Part shown: positions 40,160 to 52,709 of the stretch, in pieces
Numbering within the stretch: the first letter of the stretch is position 1
Layout: every line of letters begins with the position of its first letter
Source of the DNA: the human T2T-CHM13v2.0 reference genome, Homo sapiens
Length of the DNA stretch: 64,000 nt
Assembly (NCBI RefSeq): GCF_009914755.1
Contig: NC_060938.1
Strand: one strand, 5' to 3'
Made by a program: the position numbers and the translations under genes
Notes under the pieces: generated by a model
The model's input: the letters and a program-made list of their open reading frames with translations, nothing else
Told to the model about the DNA's origin: nothing
The model's database searches: none

Positions 40160-40590
40160 TGTATTCATCATGACTCTCGACTGTACATAAGAAAAACCCA
40201 ATTCAAGCTGGCTTAAGTATAAAGGAGAATTGATGAGCCCATCAAATCCAGCCACAGGTAGGGCAAGGAGAGAGTGGCCCCTGTCTGTGCGTCTCTGGGC
40301 TGGTGCCATTTCCCGTACCCCAGCAGATTCCATGTGCAGGGCTCGTGAGGCCAGCACACCCTGTGGAGCTCCCAGAGCCAGGATGTGAAGCCTAGGGTGG
40401 AATTCTGGCCTGGACTGGGCCACGTGCCTATCCCTCCACCAGTCACTAAGGCCAGGGAGTTTCTGTAAGAAGCTGGCACCTCCCATTTGGAATCTATGGG
40501 AAGTGGAGGGGTGGGAGGAGAAAGCTGTCCTGACAGGGTTCCTGGAACCCATACTGTCCATGTGAGCCACCGCAACTTGGGCCCATGACA
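40160..40590 (-). mobile_element. Old MLT1 (J/K/L-like) LTR
   Basis: gaaaaacccaattcaagctggcttaag; cacgtgcctatccctccaccagtcact. Confidence 0.65.
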
Positions 40591-41105
40591 GCTGCAAAAA
40601 GTGAAAACTTCATAACTATTTCTTTTCCAGGCCATGCATGGCAAAACACAGAGACAAAAGTCTCCCAGAGCCTGAGAAATACAATACACAAATGATCAGC
40701 ACACAATCGACCTTTATACATGTCACAGCCTTCTTGTTTCTTATCACAATATCCTCACAAAATTCCTCAAAATGTGGGAAATGAATCCACAACTAGGACG
40801 TTGGGAGCATCTCTACTGGCAGACGTCATCAACACCAAGACCTGTGGTTCTAACTCCAAACTGCAACTGTGTCAAATTAGCAGGACCAGATCATCCTGAT
40901 CAAGCCCCATTAGAAATCACAGCCTACGGAAAGAGGGGCCAACCAGTGTATGCTGCGGTGACCATGAGGTAGGGAGAAGTTCAGCACAAGCCCTTCAATG
41001 ACTTTGTAAAGTTCCGTATCACTGCAAGTATGGCTGGCTGTCTTGCAGTCTCCCTGTGGTCTCTGAAACTAGTCTTTGCAAATGTCTTAGTCTAGTTTGC
41101 ATTCT

Positions 41106-41756
41106 TGAAACCAAGGGGTTAATTTGATCGGATCTGCCTGTACTGCTTGCTTTTGGTCACTTGCTTTTTGTTTTGTTTTGTTTTTTTTTTTCCTTTTTCC
41201 ATGAAGCTGAGGCCTTGCCACTGAATGCTGGAACTTGACCTTCACTGGCTACTTTACAGATAACATTCATAGGTCACCACGGTAATGGTCGCAACAGTTG
41301 TTTTTCAGAAACTAGGGCAAGCTCCTGTCCAGTTCAAACCAGTTAGGACCACTGCCCCTTCAACTGGGCCTGAGCAAGTGCCGGAGAGGTGGCCTTTTGA
41401 CATTGGAGGGCCAAAAGCTCCACCTCCCCCAGATCACGCTAATGCTGCCATTTACTGAACATACTTCCTTTGAGATGCCATGAACCCCGACTATGCTTGT
41501 GCAGAATGAACCTGTTACTTCATTTTTTCCCCATTGCCAATCACTTTTCCCCACACGTTAGACCACCCTGCTTCCCTAACCCATAAATATCCCCGAGCCT
41601 TGTCTTCAGGGAGGTGGATTTGAGAGCTGTTCTCCTGCCTCACTTGGTACCTTTCTGAACAAATCTTTTCTCTTTTGGAAAACCCTCCATGTCACAGTGA
41701 TTGATTCGCTGTGCTAAGGCAGAACGGACCTGGACCTGGCTGGAAGCGTTCTAACA
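41106..41756 (+). mobile_element. ERVL-class solo LTR (MER73/MER74/MER77-like; subfamily uncertain)
   Basis: TG...CA termini (tgaaaccaagggg...ttctaaca), ~650 bp, CCAAT (gccaatca ~41536) and cataaata (~41583). Confidence 0.75.
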
Positions 41757-42104
41757 CAATCAGAGGGACAGATCACAAGCAATTCCAGCCCATCTCCAAG
41801 GAACTTTCTTTTTCTGTCACATTTCTGCAGGATCTTAGTCACTCAGAAGGGTCAGAAAGGATAGCCAGTCAGGACTCCTATTCCACTCCTTCCATGGCCA
41901 TCCTGTGGGTATTTGCCTTATGCATCAGGAGCTTCAGAGAGACTGAAAACAGTTTGAAACATTCCTGAAGGTATCACTTCGGTTCAGCTGGGGAAGGATC
42001 TATGTTACTATTGCTTTTGCTGTTGTCTGTCGGGGGTGGAAGGTACTGAACATCTTAGGAAATTGCAAGACATTGCAGAAATGCTATCATAAGCATCATT
42101 AATT

Positions 42105-42590
42105 CTATTTATTGGATACCCAATCATCACCAGGCACTGTGCAGGTCTCTGTCCATACATTATCTTTTAATTCTCACAAAATCCCATGAAGTAAGTACTA
42201 CTATCTATTTGACTGACTGGAAAGGAAAGGCTCAAACTCATTGGATGAGTTGCTCGAGGTCACTCGGCTGGTGGGTGGCAGAGGCTGGCCTTTGAACCTA
42301 AGGTTGGCCAGCTCCAAGGTCCATATACTTCTCTCCTAGTTATGCTGCCTCCTCTGGAGTGAAGTGTGGCAATGGCACCTGCTCTTGGAGCACCTACTAA
42401 GTGCCAGGGATGCTACACAGATCATCATCAATCCTCATAGTAATCTTGCAAGAGGGATTTTTTTTCACTGTATAGCAGCTCAAAGAGGGTTAGAAAACTT
42501 CTCTAAAATCAGGTGGCAATTAGGAAGCAAGGTGTGGAATGGACTCAAGTATACCTGACTTAAAAGCTGAGGTCATTTACCCTATGCCTG
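42105..42590 (-). mobile_element. Two tandem MIR elements
   Basis: ccaggcactgtg...taattctcacaaaatcccatgaagtaagtact; gagcacctactaagtgccagg...aatcctcatagtaatcttgc. Confidence 0.7.
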
Positions 42591-43571
42591 TGTGTCACGA
42601 CTCACAAAGGCCAACAGGGGACCTGGGGAGAAAGACGGGCAGAGGGATGGCAGGAGAGATTCATTCTGGAAGTTCACACTTGGCACTGGTAAAGGCCTGA
42701 GGGCAGGGGCCACATTCACTCATGCATGTGCACATACCTGCACACACACACACACACCCACTCCCATGTCACGTGCACCGCAGCAGGTACTCCCCAGAAA
42801 CTCTGAGCCACACCTTTTGGTTGTCAAGGGAACCAAACAGGAACACAAACTTGACCCCTTGCAGTTTATAGGTGGATGATTTTAAGTCCACGTCTGAAAC
42901 TGTCATGCAAACAGCTCGCTCAGAATATATTCTAAAGAGTTATTCTTCCTCATTAAAATCTCTTGGCAATTGTATAAAAATATTTCTAGACTTCCATTTA
43001 CAGTTCAACAGAATTTCAAGGGGAATGACTTTTTCAATTGTATTTTAAGACTGAGCACTGTGATAAAAGCAGGTTCTGCAGTGCAATGTGATCCAAGGTT
43101 GTTTAATCTTTATATTTTATAATCTAACTGATATAATTTAATAGACTAGAAAAACATTTTTAAATGCTCAAAAATTAAATAAGGAAAGATTCCTATACAT
43201 GAATTATAATTGGTGTAAAATTACTTGTATCTGCATCTGTCTATCTACTAATATAAAATTCACATAGACTAAAATAAAATATTCATTCTATTAAAGAATG
43301 GGTGGGTTCCTCTCACTGTGTTAATCTTTGAATGACTAATTTTAGGATTTCCTTTTTTCTCTATCTAGTTTTTAAAAATCATAAAGTGAACTGTGTAGGA
43401 ACGAGGAGGGAAAATGAAGCACCTTAATTACTTAAATGAAAGAAGACAAAGTTTTCATTTCCATCTTTTTGTCTTATTGTAAATTACTTATAAACGTAAC
43501 AGGATTCTCCCTCAGCCCTAGTCTGCAAAACACTGTAGAACACCCAAATATCTAAAGTAGAAAACTGTTTA

Positions 43572-44113
<542 letters not shown>

Positions 44114-44264
44114 GGTATAGGTATTACATGTGGATGGTAAAATTAGGAGTAATTATATCTTTAGATTGTCTATTTTCTATAACAAAGACATATTATTTTG
44201 GTAACAAAAGCAATAGATGTTATTTGGGGTGGGCAGGAGGGACTGACATTAGAAACAAAAATTA

Positions 44265-44663
<399 letters not shown>

Positions 44664-46099
44664 CTATGAGGGGGCTCCTGCCCCTTCCTTCTTTGTGAAA
44701 CTCTGCACCTTTCATTTCAGTGATTTCCCCAGTTTCGGACTGAGCCGCTGCTTCTTCATGGCCACTGTTGTTTGCTACTACATCTCTCACTGCTGTAAAC
44801 CTAGCTCTTGAATATGGGTCAGCTCTCTGGACCCTTTTCCTCTTTTCCATTCTATAACCTCCTGCAAAGCTCATCTATGCCCATAACCTATGCCCATAAG
44901 CTTCCTCCCCGCCCTGATTCCCCTCTTCCGAAGTCCAGCCTCAGTTTCCACCTCCTACTGAACAGTTACCCTGAAACATGAGATTAAGCCCACACACACC
45001 CCAGCAGGGACCTGGCCTGGAGGAAGCTCTTAATAAAGGCCCTCGATTTCCTGACTTCTCTGTTTCTGTTCACAAAACTGCCATTTTCTCAGTGTGCATC
45101 ACTGGATTTTGGTTAAAATGGTTACTATAGACGGGTAGCGGGAAGAGCTGAAATTAAAGTCAGACAGGAAAATACAGGATATCTGACTGGTATTTTCCCA
45201 GATTCCACACCAGGCTGTAGCCACTGGGGAAGAAGGGGGGTAACTGGAGATTGGGCAAATTTGGAACCTCAAGAGATGGCAAAGATCAGAATCAACCAAA
45301 GCCTTCTTTTAAAATTGCATTTCCTTGTATTTTTAAAGTAACTTAAGACTGTGTTCTGCATGTTCTCACTGACCACATAAAACCTTGAGAGATCAGAGCT
45401 GCAGACCAGCAGCCCTGTAAATTCACCGCTGATTGTAAGCAAAAGCAGCTAGCTGACTCTATTACTGTAGTTACAGAAATATCTTTACAAATAATGCAGT
45501 GCAGAACAATAAGACAAATGATGCCAAGAATAAAGGGCCCCTCCTTGAAACCAGAGGGCCTCTGCAGGCCCAAAGAGGACAGAAGGCAATTAGGACTTAG
45601 GTGTTGGGGGGAATGGAGAGAGGTTTTCTTATTTTCCTTTTCTGCCATTGCTAATTTTTTTTAATGTGTATGCCTGAGGGTGAGAATCAGGAGATTTATG
45701 CATTAGGTGGATGCCCTCCTTTGCAAAATGGACAAAAGAGTCAGCTTGCGGAGCAGATTAGATGGAAGAGGCCAAAGAGCCCAGGGGCTTCAAGCTCCAA
45801 CCAAATGGGAAAGCAATGAGTGGGCGAGGGTCAGGGCAAATTCAAACAAAACCTGGGATTCATTGGCCCTTACAGAGAGGTAAGGGGTGCCAGGACTCCA
45901 GACCAGAGGCTGTGGCCAGACACAGGAGTCTGGTAGTGACATCCTGGTCATATCAGACAGTGACACTGAAAATGGAAATCATGAGAAAGGAAGGTATTTG
46001 GGAAAATGCTCGTTTGGAGAGTTTTGGAAGTTTTTTCAACTGGAATATACCTATGAGAATGAATGGTCAGAAACCTGAGGCATGAAACATTGAAGGCTA

Positions 46100-46360
46100 A
46101 AGCTGACTTCGTATGGAGCATTTGTGAGGTGTCAGGTACCAGAGTGACTGACATTCACAGTTCTTTAATCTTCACCAAGACTACAAAGATCACAAAGACC
46201 TTGGGCCTCAGGTTTGATTGTAAAACGGGGTTGTGAGAAACACATCTCGCAGGCCCATTTTACAGGCAATCAAACCTGAGGCACAAGGTCAGAGAGCTGG
46301 TGCCCAGAGAGGGAGGGATTCAGCCCCAGTTAACTGTGATGCTAAAGCCCGTGCTCCTTC
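46100..46360 (-). mobile_element. MIR SINE carrying an internal inverted duplication
   Basis: tttaatcttcac...cccattttacag...ctgaggcacaaggtc...gggattcagccccag...aaagcccgtgctc. Confidence 0.65.
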
Positions 46361-47689
46361 ACAAAGCTATATGTGCACCTGCTGTGAATATACACTTTGA
46401 GAGTATCGAGTACAGCTTGGTACTTGTGAGCTAGGTGAACTTCTCAAGGAGGCAGTCCTATTTATGAGGAATTAAAAGTGTCTGAGATAAAGATATGTAC
46501 GAATTCTCCTTCAGATTTATGTATACATCCAACAGGCTCTGGGCATCCTCAGCCTTTGCCCCATCCTGAGAACTGCCCAAACAGATGGGCAAGAGGACTT
46601 TGAGCCAGGAAGGCGAAGAGTGCAAGGAAACCACATTCGGAGGATTTTAGCCCTATTTTCCTAAGAGTTGCAGTTTTGTAAAATATTTCAATAGCTAACC
46701 TTGATTGGGAATTTAGCATGAACTGTCCTATGTGCTTGACTAATGTGAATCCACCAAATCCTCACCAGGACTCCAGGAGACAAGCATTGTCATGACTCCT
46801 AAAGAGAAGTTAAGCCAGCTGCCCAAGAAACCAACACAGGGTTCACTTCCAGGTTGTCCAAACCTATAATATATCGTATTGTCTCCCTAAGATCCACAGG
46901 ACCTTGGAAAATCATCTTGTTTGGGGATGGGTATCTTCAGCCAGCCTTCCACCCACTCTGTCCTCTCCTTGCACCCGCAGCAGACACAGCTGGCTGAAGG
47001 TAACACTCTTTCTCCACTGAGCCAGAACTAAGCATCAAAATCCATTCTGACCTATTTTGGGGGAAGTTGCTAGAGTGGAACAGAGCTGGTACTAGATAGG
47101 GAATCTTTGCCATCGCTGAGGTCTGCTCCTTAAATTGCAAATGAAGCGCTAGGTATGCCACGTGGCTTGTCCAAGGTCACAAAGTTTACCAAGTGAAGGG
47201 TTGAGACCAGAACCCAGGTCCCTTGACTCATAATCCAGTGTTCCTTCCACTATAACTTTCTCTTGAGCCTTTCATGGCATGAAAGACAACCAAGGTGAGG
47301 TATCTCATACATTTCAGCAGTAAAAGTTCATAGCAGAGTTATGGGAGGGGTAAGAGTTGTGGAGAAGGGGTGATAAACGCTGTTACTCCCAAGTAAGTTT
47401 GGATATGAAGCCAACCTAGAACATGGGAAACTGGTATTCCTCAAAGCAAGTCATCTAACCATCATGTCAACTTCATGCACATTCTACGGACTGCGTGTAC
47501 ATTGGTGCACATGGAGGAACAGCATGCATCTCACAGCAGAAGACCTGGTTTCCTTTTTCCCTATTTTAGCTGTGGGGGTGGGTAGGTGGGAGTCTAAGGC
47601 AACACAATCCTCCTCTGTGAGGTGAAAATGCCTTTAAGTCCTTCCATTACATTAGCTCGTCCAGTGTGAGTTGTCAGAAGTAAACGGAT

Positions 47690-48003
47690 GGCCAGGCACA
47701 GTGGCTTAAGCATGTAATCCCAGCACTTTGGGAGGCCAAGGCAGATGGATCACATGAGATCAAAAGTTCGAGACCAGCCTGGCCAACACAGCAAAACCCC
47801 ATCTCTACTAAAAATACGTAAAAATTAGCTGAGTGGGGTAGTGGATGCCTGTAATCCCAGCTACTTGGAAGGCTGAGGCAGAAGAATCACTTGAACCCGG
47901 GAGGCAGAGGTTGCAGTGAGCCAAGATCACACCACTTGCACACCAGCCTGGGCGACAAGAGCAAGACTCCGTCTCAACAACAGCAACAATAACAACAACC
48001 AAC
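47690..48003 (+). mobile_element. AluS with (AAC)n tail
   Basis: Full Alu; imperfect TSD cagaagt(a/g)aa(c/t)gga. Confidence 0.93.
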
Positions 48004-49765
48004 AGAAGTGAATGGAAATAAAATATGTTAGATAATTTATTTTAATTCTACCACCGCATCCTAGGGACACAGAGTTGATAATAATTAGAGGCCCAATACT
48101 ATAGTGACGGAGAAAAGGAAGAGGGAAGAATGACCAGAAGGGTATAAGGGTGTCAAGTGAGTCACTGGAAAGGTTTGTAAAACCAGTGGTTTCATCTGTG
48201 CTGAGAGTGGCTGGGCTTCTTAGAGTGGGTGGGCCAAGCAGCCTTTTCCAAGAAGGGCTAGGACTCGTGGTCTGACCACAGAACGGGCTGTGAGTGGTTG
48301 AGAGGGTGGGACCTGGTTGAGAGGGTGGGACCTGGACTTCCCCTGGGGATCTCCAGCCTAACCCAGGACTGGACACACAGAGATGTACCATCAAGAAATG
48401 CTTGCAGGTGGGGTGGGGAGGGTAGGCCCAGGGAATGCCTGCTTGGAGGAAGAGCTAGAAATAAAAGCAGGCCAAAATGGTCAGGCAGTAGCTCCTCTCT
48501 GAACAAAACTCCGTGGGGAGCTCTGAGGCCAACAGGGCCTACCAAGACCAAGAGGGCAGAAGTAGGATATAAAATCAGCATGGCTTGTGGCAACTTTCAG
48601 CAGAAGGCATGAAGCTACCAAGAGCAGAGGTGCCTATGTCATTTTGGGATGAAACCATCAGAGACCAGATGAAGGGTCAGATTAGGGGTGAGGAATGTCT
48701 TTAATTATGAATCACTGACTCATTACAACAAATCATCCAAGGGTGATGTTTTAATAAAGTAACCTAATTTTAAGTTTGATGGGTGAATGGAATATGGGGG
48801 AGGGGGACAGGGAGTTTGGAAATGGGAAAATATAAAAAAGACTTTATTCTTTTCATTAACAAAATAAGAGAGATTAGTAAATGAATTAAACGAATAAAAT
48901 AAAGAACACGTTTCAAACACATAGAGACCGTAACACAGAGACACACAGACACAAGAAGAAGGCACGGTGGGGACACCTGTCAGCTGGCCACGCCTGCAGG
49001 GCTCTGAATAAGCCACTCTTCTGTTCAGCCTGCCCTGGGTCCCCTCTGAAAAATGAGCTTGTCCCCTTCTAATGCTCTGCTTGGTTTCCATTGTACAAGA
49101 ATTGAAGTGCTCTCTAGCCTGCTGAAACTGTCTGTAGCAGCCTAAATGGCATTTAAAATAAAGACTGTGAACTGATGAAATGACCAATTATGTTAAGTAC
49201 CCATGCCTGGTGTAATCCAAACCAAATCTTACCCCATTATCCTCGAAACCGAGAGGTGATTCAGCAGCCCCTCTTGCCAGTGATTCTGAACCAAAATACA
49301 GGCACCCGACGTCCAGGGAGGACCTCGAGAACAACCAGTTAATTCTTACAATTGGTTTTGTGCTGGGAAAAATAAAGGTACTAAGTTTCCACTCTAAACC
49401 AAACAACGATTTGACAATGAAAACTGGTGCCCCGCTCTAACTATTAGGTCATTTTGATTTCAACTTTGCTTCAGGTTTTAACTTCCATTATTTCCTCTTC
49501 AGACATTGCATTATTCTTCCCGTCGCTATACAAAGGTGTCTATGAAGTGCTCAGGTTCCGCGCTGTTGCTATGGTCTCTGTGAAGCTAAGTTCTCTGGTT
49601 ATTTCTCTTTCTTGCAATGACATTTTTTTTCTATTTCCACACACCTAAATCTATCTGCTTTTTTAAGGCCTTAAGTGTCAGTTCTCCCAAGAAATGACAG
49701 CCCCTCTGCTCCCACCCTTCTGACAAAAATAGGTCTCCCTCCTCTACACGACAGGGCACCCCCAC

Positions 49766-50110
49766 TGTATTAGTCCATTTTCACGCTGCTGATAAAGACA
49801 TACTGGAGACTGGGTAATTTATAAAGAAAAAGAGGTTTAATGGACTCACAGTTCCACGTGGCTGGAGAGGCCTCACAATCATGGTGGAAGACAAAAGATA
49901 CGTCTTACATGGCGACAGACAAGGGAGAATGAAAGCCAAGCAAAAGGGAAACCCCTTATAAAACCATCAGATCTCGTGAGACTTATGCACCACCACGAGA
50001 ACAGTATGTGGGAAACCGCCCCATGATTCAATGATCTCCCACAACACGTAGGAATTATGGGAGCTACAATTCAAGATGAGATTTGGTTGGAGACACAGCC
50101 AAACCATATC
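49766..50110 (-). mobile_element. THE1B-like solo LTR
   Basis: tgtattagtccattttcacgctgctgataaagacata...gacacagccaaaccatatc; near-TSD cccac/cctac. Confidence 0.93.
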
Positions 50111-52644
50111 CTACTTATTTTCCTATCCTGCATTATTGAGTCCTGGGGAGACCACTCCATGAAGCAAGTTATCCCCCACCCTGGTTCAATTCTGCCAGTC
50201 CTGCTAGTGATCCATAACTCATGATCCATAACCCCGGCTGGCTTCTGCTGGCCAGTCACTGGTCCCACAGCACCCTAAAGAAAGATTCCCACGTCACCCC
50301 CATGTGACCAAACTGCACCTTCTCACCCAGCACTGAGAATTGCCATCTTTGGGGACAAGCATCCTCGTTCTACTTGCCCTCAATTCCAATGCCTGTGGCT
50401 GGAAGCTATTAACAGAGTTCCCTACTCGTCTGATTATCTAGAAAAATTTTCTTCCACTTGCTATAGGGAAAAACGAGGGATGTGCGTACATTTTTGAAAA
50501 CAGAAAGTGAGAAATCAAAAACCTGAGAGAGTGGCATTAAACAGGCACATTTTTCTTCTACTTGATTCTAACCCAAACCTTCCCCTGGCATGACTGGACA
50601 GTCCCTTCTTTAGGTACTCATATCTTTATTCGTAAAATCTTGCTTGTGGGCCTTAGCAACTTTCCCATGGCCCAGAACCACCCACCAAAGGACACAAAAA
50701 TATTAATTAGGAAGAATACCCACATATTCCAAAAAAATATTATCACAACAAAAGTGTCTCCAGAACTCTAGGGAATGAAGAAACATCACAGAAAAAAAAA
50801 TGAATGTTAACAAATCTCTGCCCACCCTCCCAAGCTCTCATCAAGATTCTTCTGATTTTCAAATGTACAAAATTTTAATGGGTTGCATTTAACTGGATGT
50901 GGATTCAATAAGCATCTGAAATCTGTACTAGTTTAATTCACAGTTCCTAGAGCAACTGGGGGAATTTGTAACCCTATCAGGAAGAGAAAAGAAGTCTACA
51001 CCCGCAGGATAATCTCATACTGACATCTCTCAACTTCAGAAACCTTATCAATATTAATATTTCCCTCATGTTTTTGCCCCACAGAAACGAACAAAAAGAA
51101 CTTACCTAATGCCAAAGTGAATGAATAAAAATCGTGAGAAAAGGCTCTAAGAAAACAAAATCTCTTTTCTCAAAATAATCCAAACCTGAATGATATTCAT
51201 ATCACTGCTATAGTTCTAGAGGAAAAATGACGCACATAACTTTGAAACTCACTTGAAAAGAACCCAAAGGCTGATCCTAATCAGTTTCCACTTCTACTAT
51301 CTGAAGGGAAAACAGAATAGATTTTTTTAAATTATGTGTTAATTTTTGAGAGTGGAGGGACTTCCTTTTGTTTTCTTAAACATTTAGGATATCTACGATG
51401 ATTATTAAAATTAGGTTTAACCAAACTTGCCTGACTACATTTCACCTGTACGAAGCAAAAATACAAAGAAACGCTTGATTTCCCAATTTCACGGGCTATT
51501 AAAATCACAGTATGCAATTGCGTGGCCTATAAATCAGCACTAAAAATGTGATGACATCTCTGACAAGGGTTTGAGCTACTACGGAAACCTGAAGATACAT
51601 GTCTCTCTTCTTAACCATACTTATCTCCTACTCCTTCACACACAGGGCCGGCCCTCAGCCTGTACTTCTAAGGGAAAGAGGCTAAACAGCTCTCAACCAA
51701 TCAATAGACACTAAAATCCCTCACCATAAGCCCAGTGTAGTTCAAAAGCTCTTAGCACAGCCAAACTCATCCACATTTGGCCAGCAGGGCCTGTCTGACT
51801 CCTAGCCAATCAACAGAAGTAGGAGGGATAGAAAGCTCGAAGGCCCCGGGAACCACTCAATTCCATTTTATTTACAGAACAGATATCCAAAATAGCGATA
51901 ACCCCAAAGTAATTTCTAAAAGGATTAAAAATGAACCTCTTTGCTATTTTTTAAATCATTTATTCCTCCTTAACTTTGGCCATTTCAAAAGGAACTTAAT
52001 GGCAAAAGTAGAGGTGAAAGGTCATTGGAATTCCATGAGCACACCGCCTAGGGACTAGGACAAGGCAGCTGAGTTGAGCTGGACAACAGCAAGGGTGTCC
52101 CCTGTAGGTGACACTTGTGGGGACCAATGTAGGGTGACTGGACTCCGAACCTCAGAACAAACCACGGCCAACCTTCCAGGTACATGTAGATGTTGGGCAA
52201 CAGTAAGAAATGCATGCACCTCCATGATGATACAAGTGCCAGAATAACCAAACCCTCCTTTTTCAGCTCAAGTTTTTGAAACATGTAAAGGGGTTTGCTT
52301 TTATCAGCCTAGTTTATGTTTCTGTCGCATTCTAATTACCATGTAATTCCAACATCACCAAAGCAAGCCGAACACTTCCAGAATATGAACAGTGACGGCG
52401 GGCCAAAGAAGCAGTCCTTAGAGGCCTGGTTTCAGACTCATGATTCACAGCGACCGAGAAGCTTGAGTAGGAACAAATAAAGAGAACTGGACAAATAGTC
52501 CCCACCCACAACAGTCACACTTCTCCAGAAAGCGGCCACTCCTAAACGGGACAGAACTGTCCTATTTGACACCAAGCACAAAGGAGTGATGAAAGGCGGG
52601 TGGGTGAGGGGGAGGGAGAGGAAGGGGTGTTACTAGGGACCTAC

Positions 52645-52709
52645 CTTGGAGAAGGGCTCCATTTCTCTTGAAGAAGGTACTGCCCGGCCAGATGGGTGGA
52701 CCTGATGTG
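52645..52709 (-). CDS. FOXN3: FOXN3 (CHES1) internal coding exon, 65 nt, just C-terminal to the forkhead domain
   Basis: Minus strand reads tttcttttctctttcag|C ACA TCA GGT CCA CCC ATC TGG CCG GGC AGT ACC TTC TTC AAG AGA AAT GGA GCC CTT CTC CAA G|gtaggt. This gives (S)[21 protein letters not shown], matching the recalled FOXN3 protein. Canonical AG/GT, phase 2 in and phase 1 out. The ORF track does not show this frame. Confidence 0.96.
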
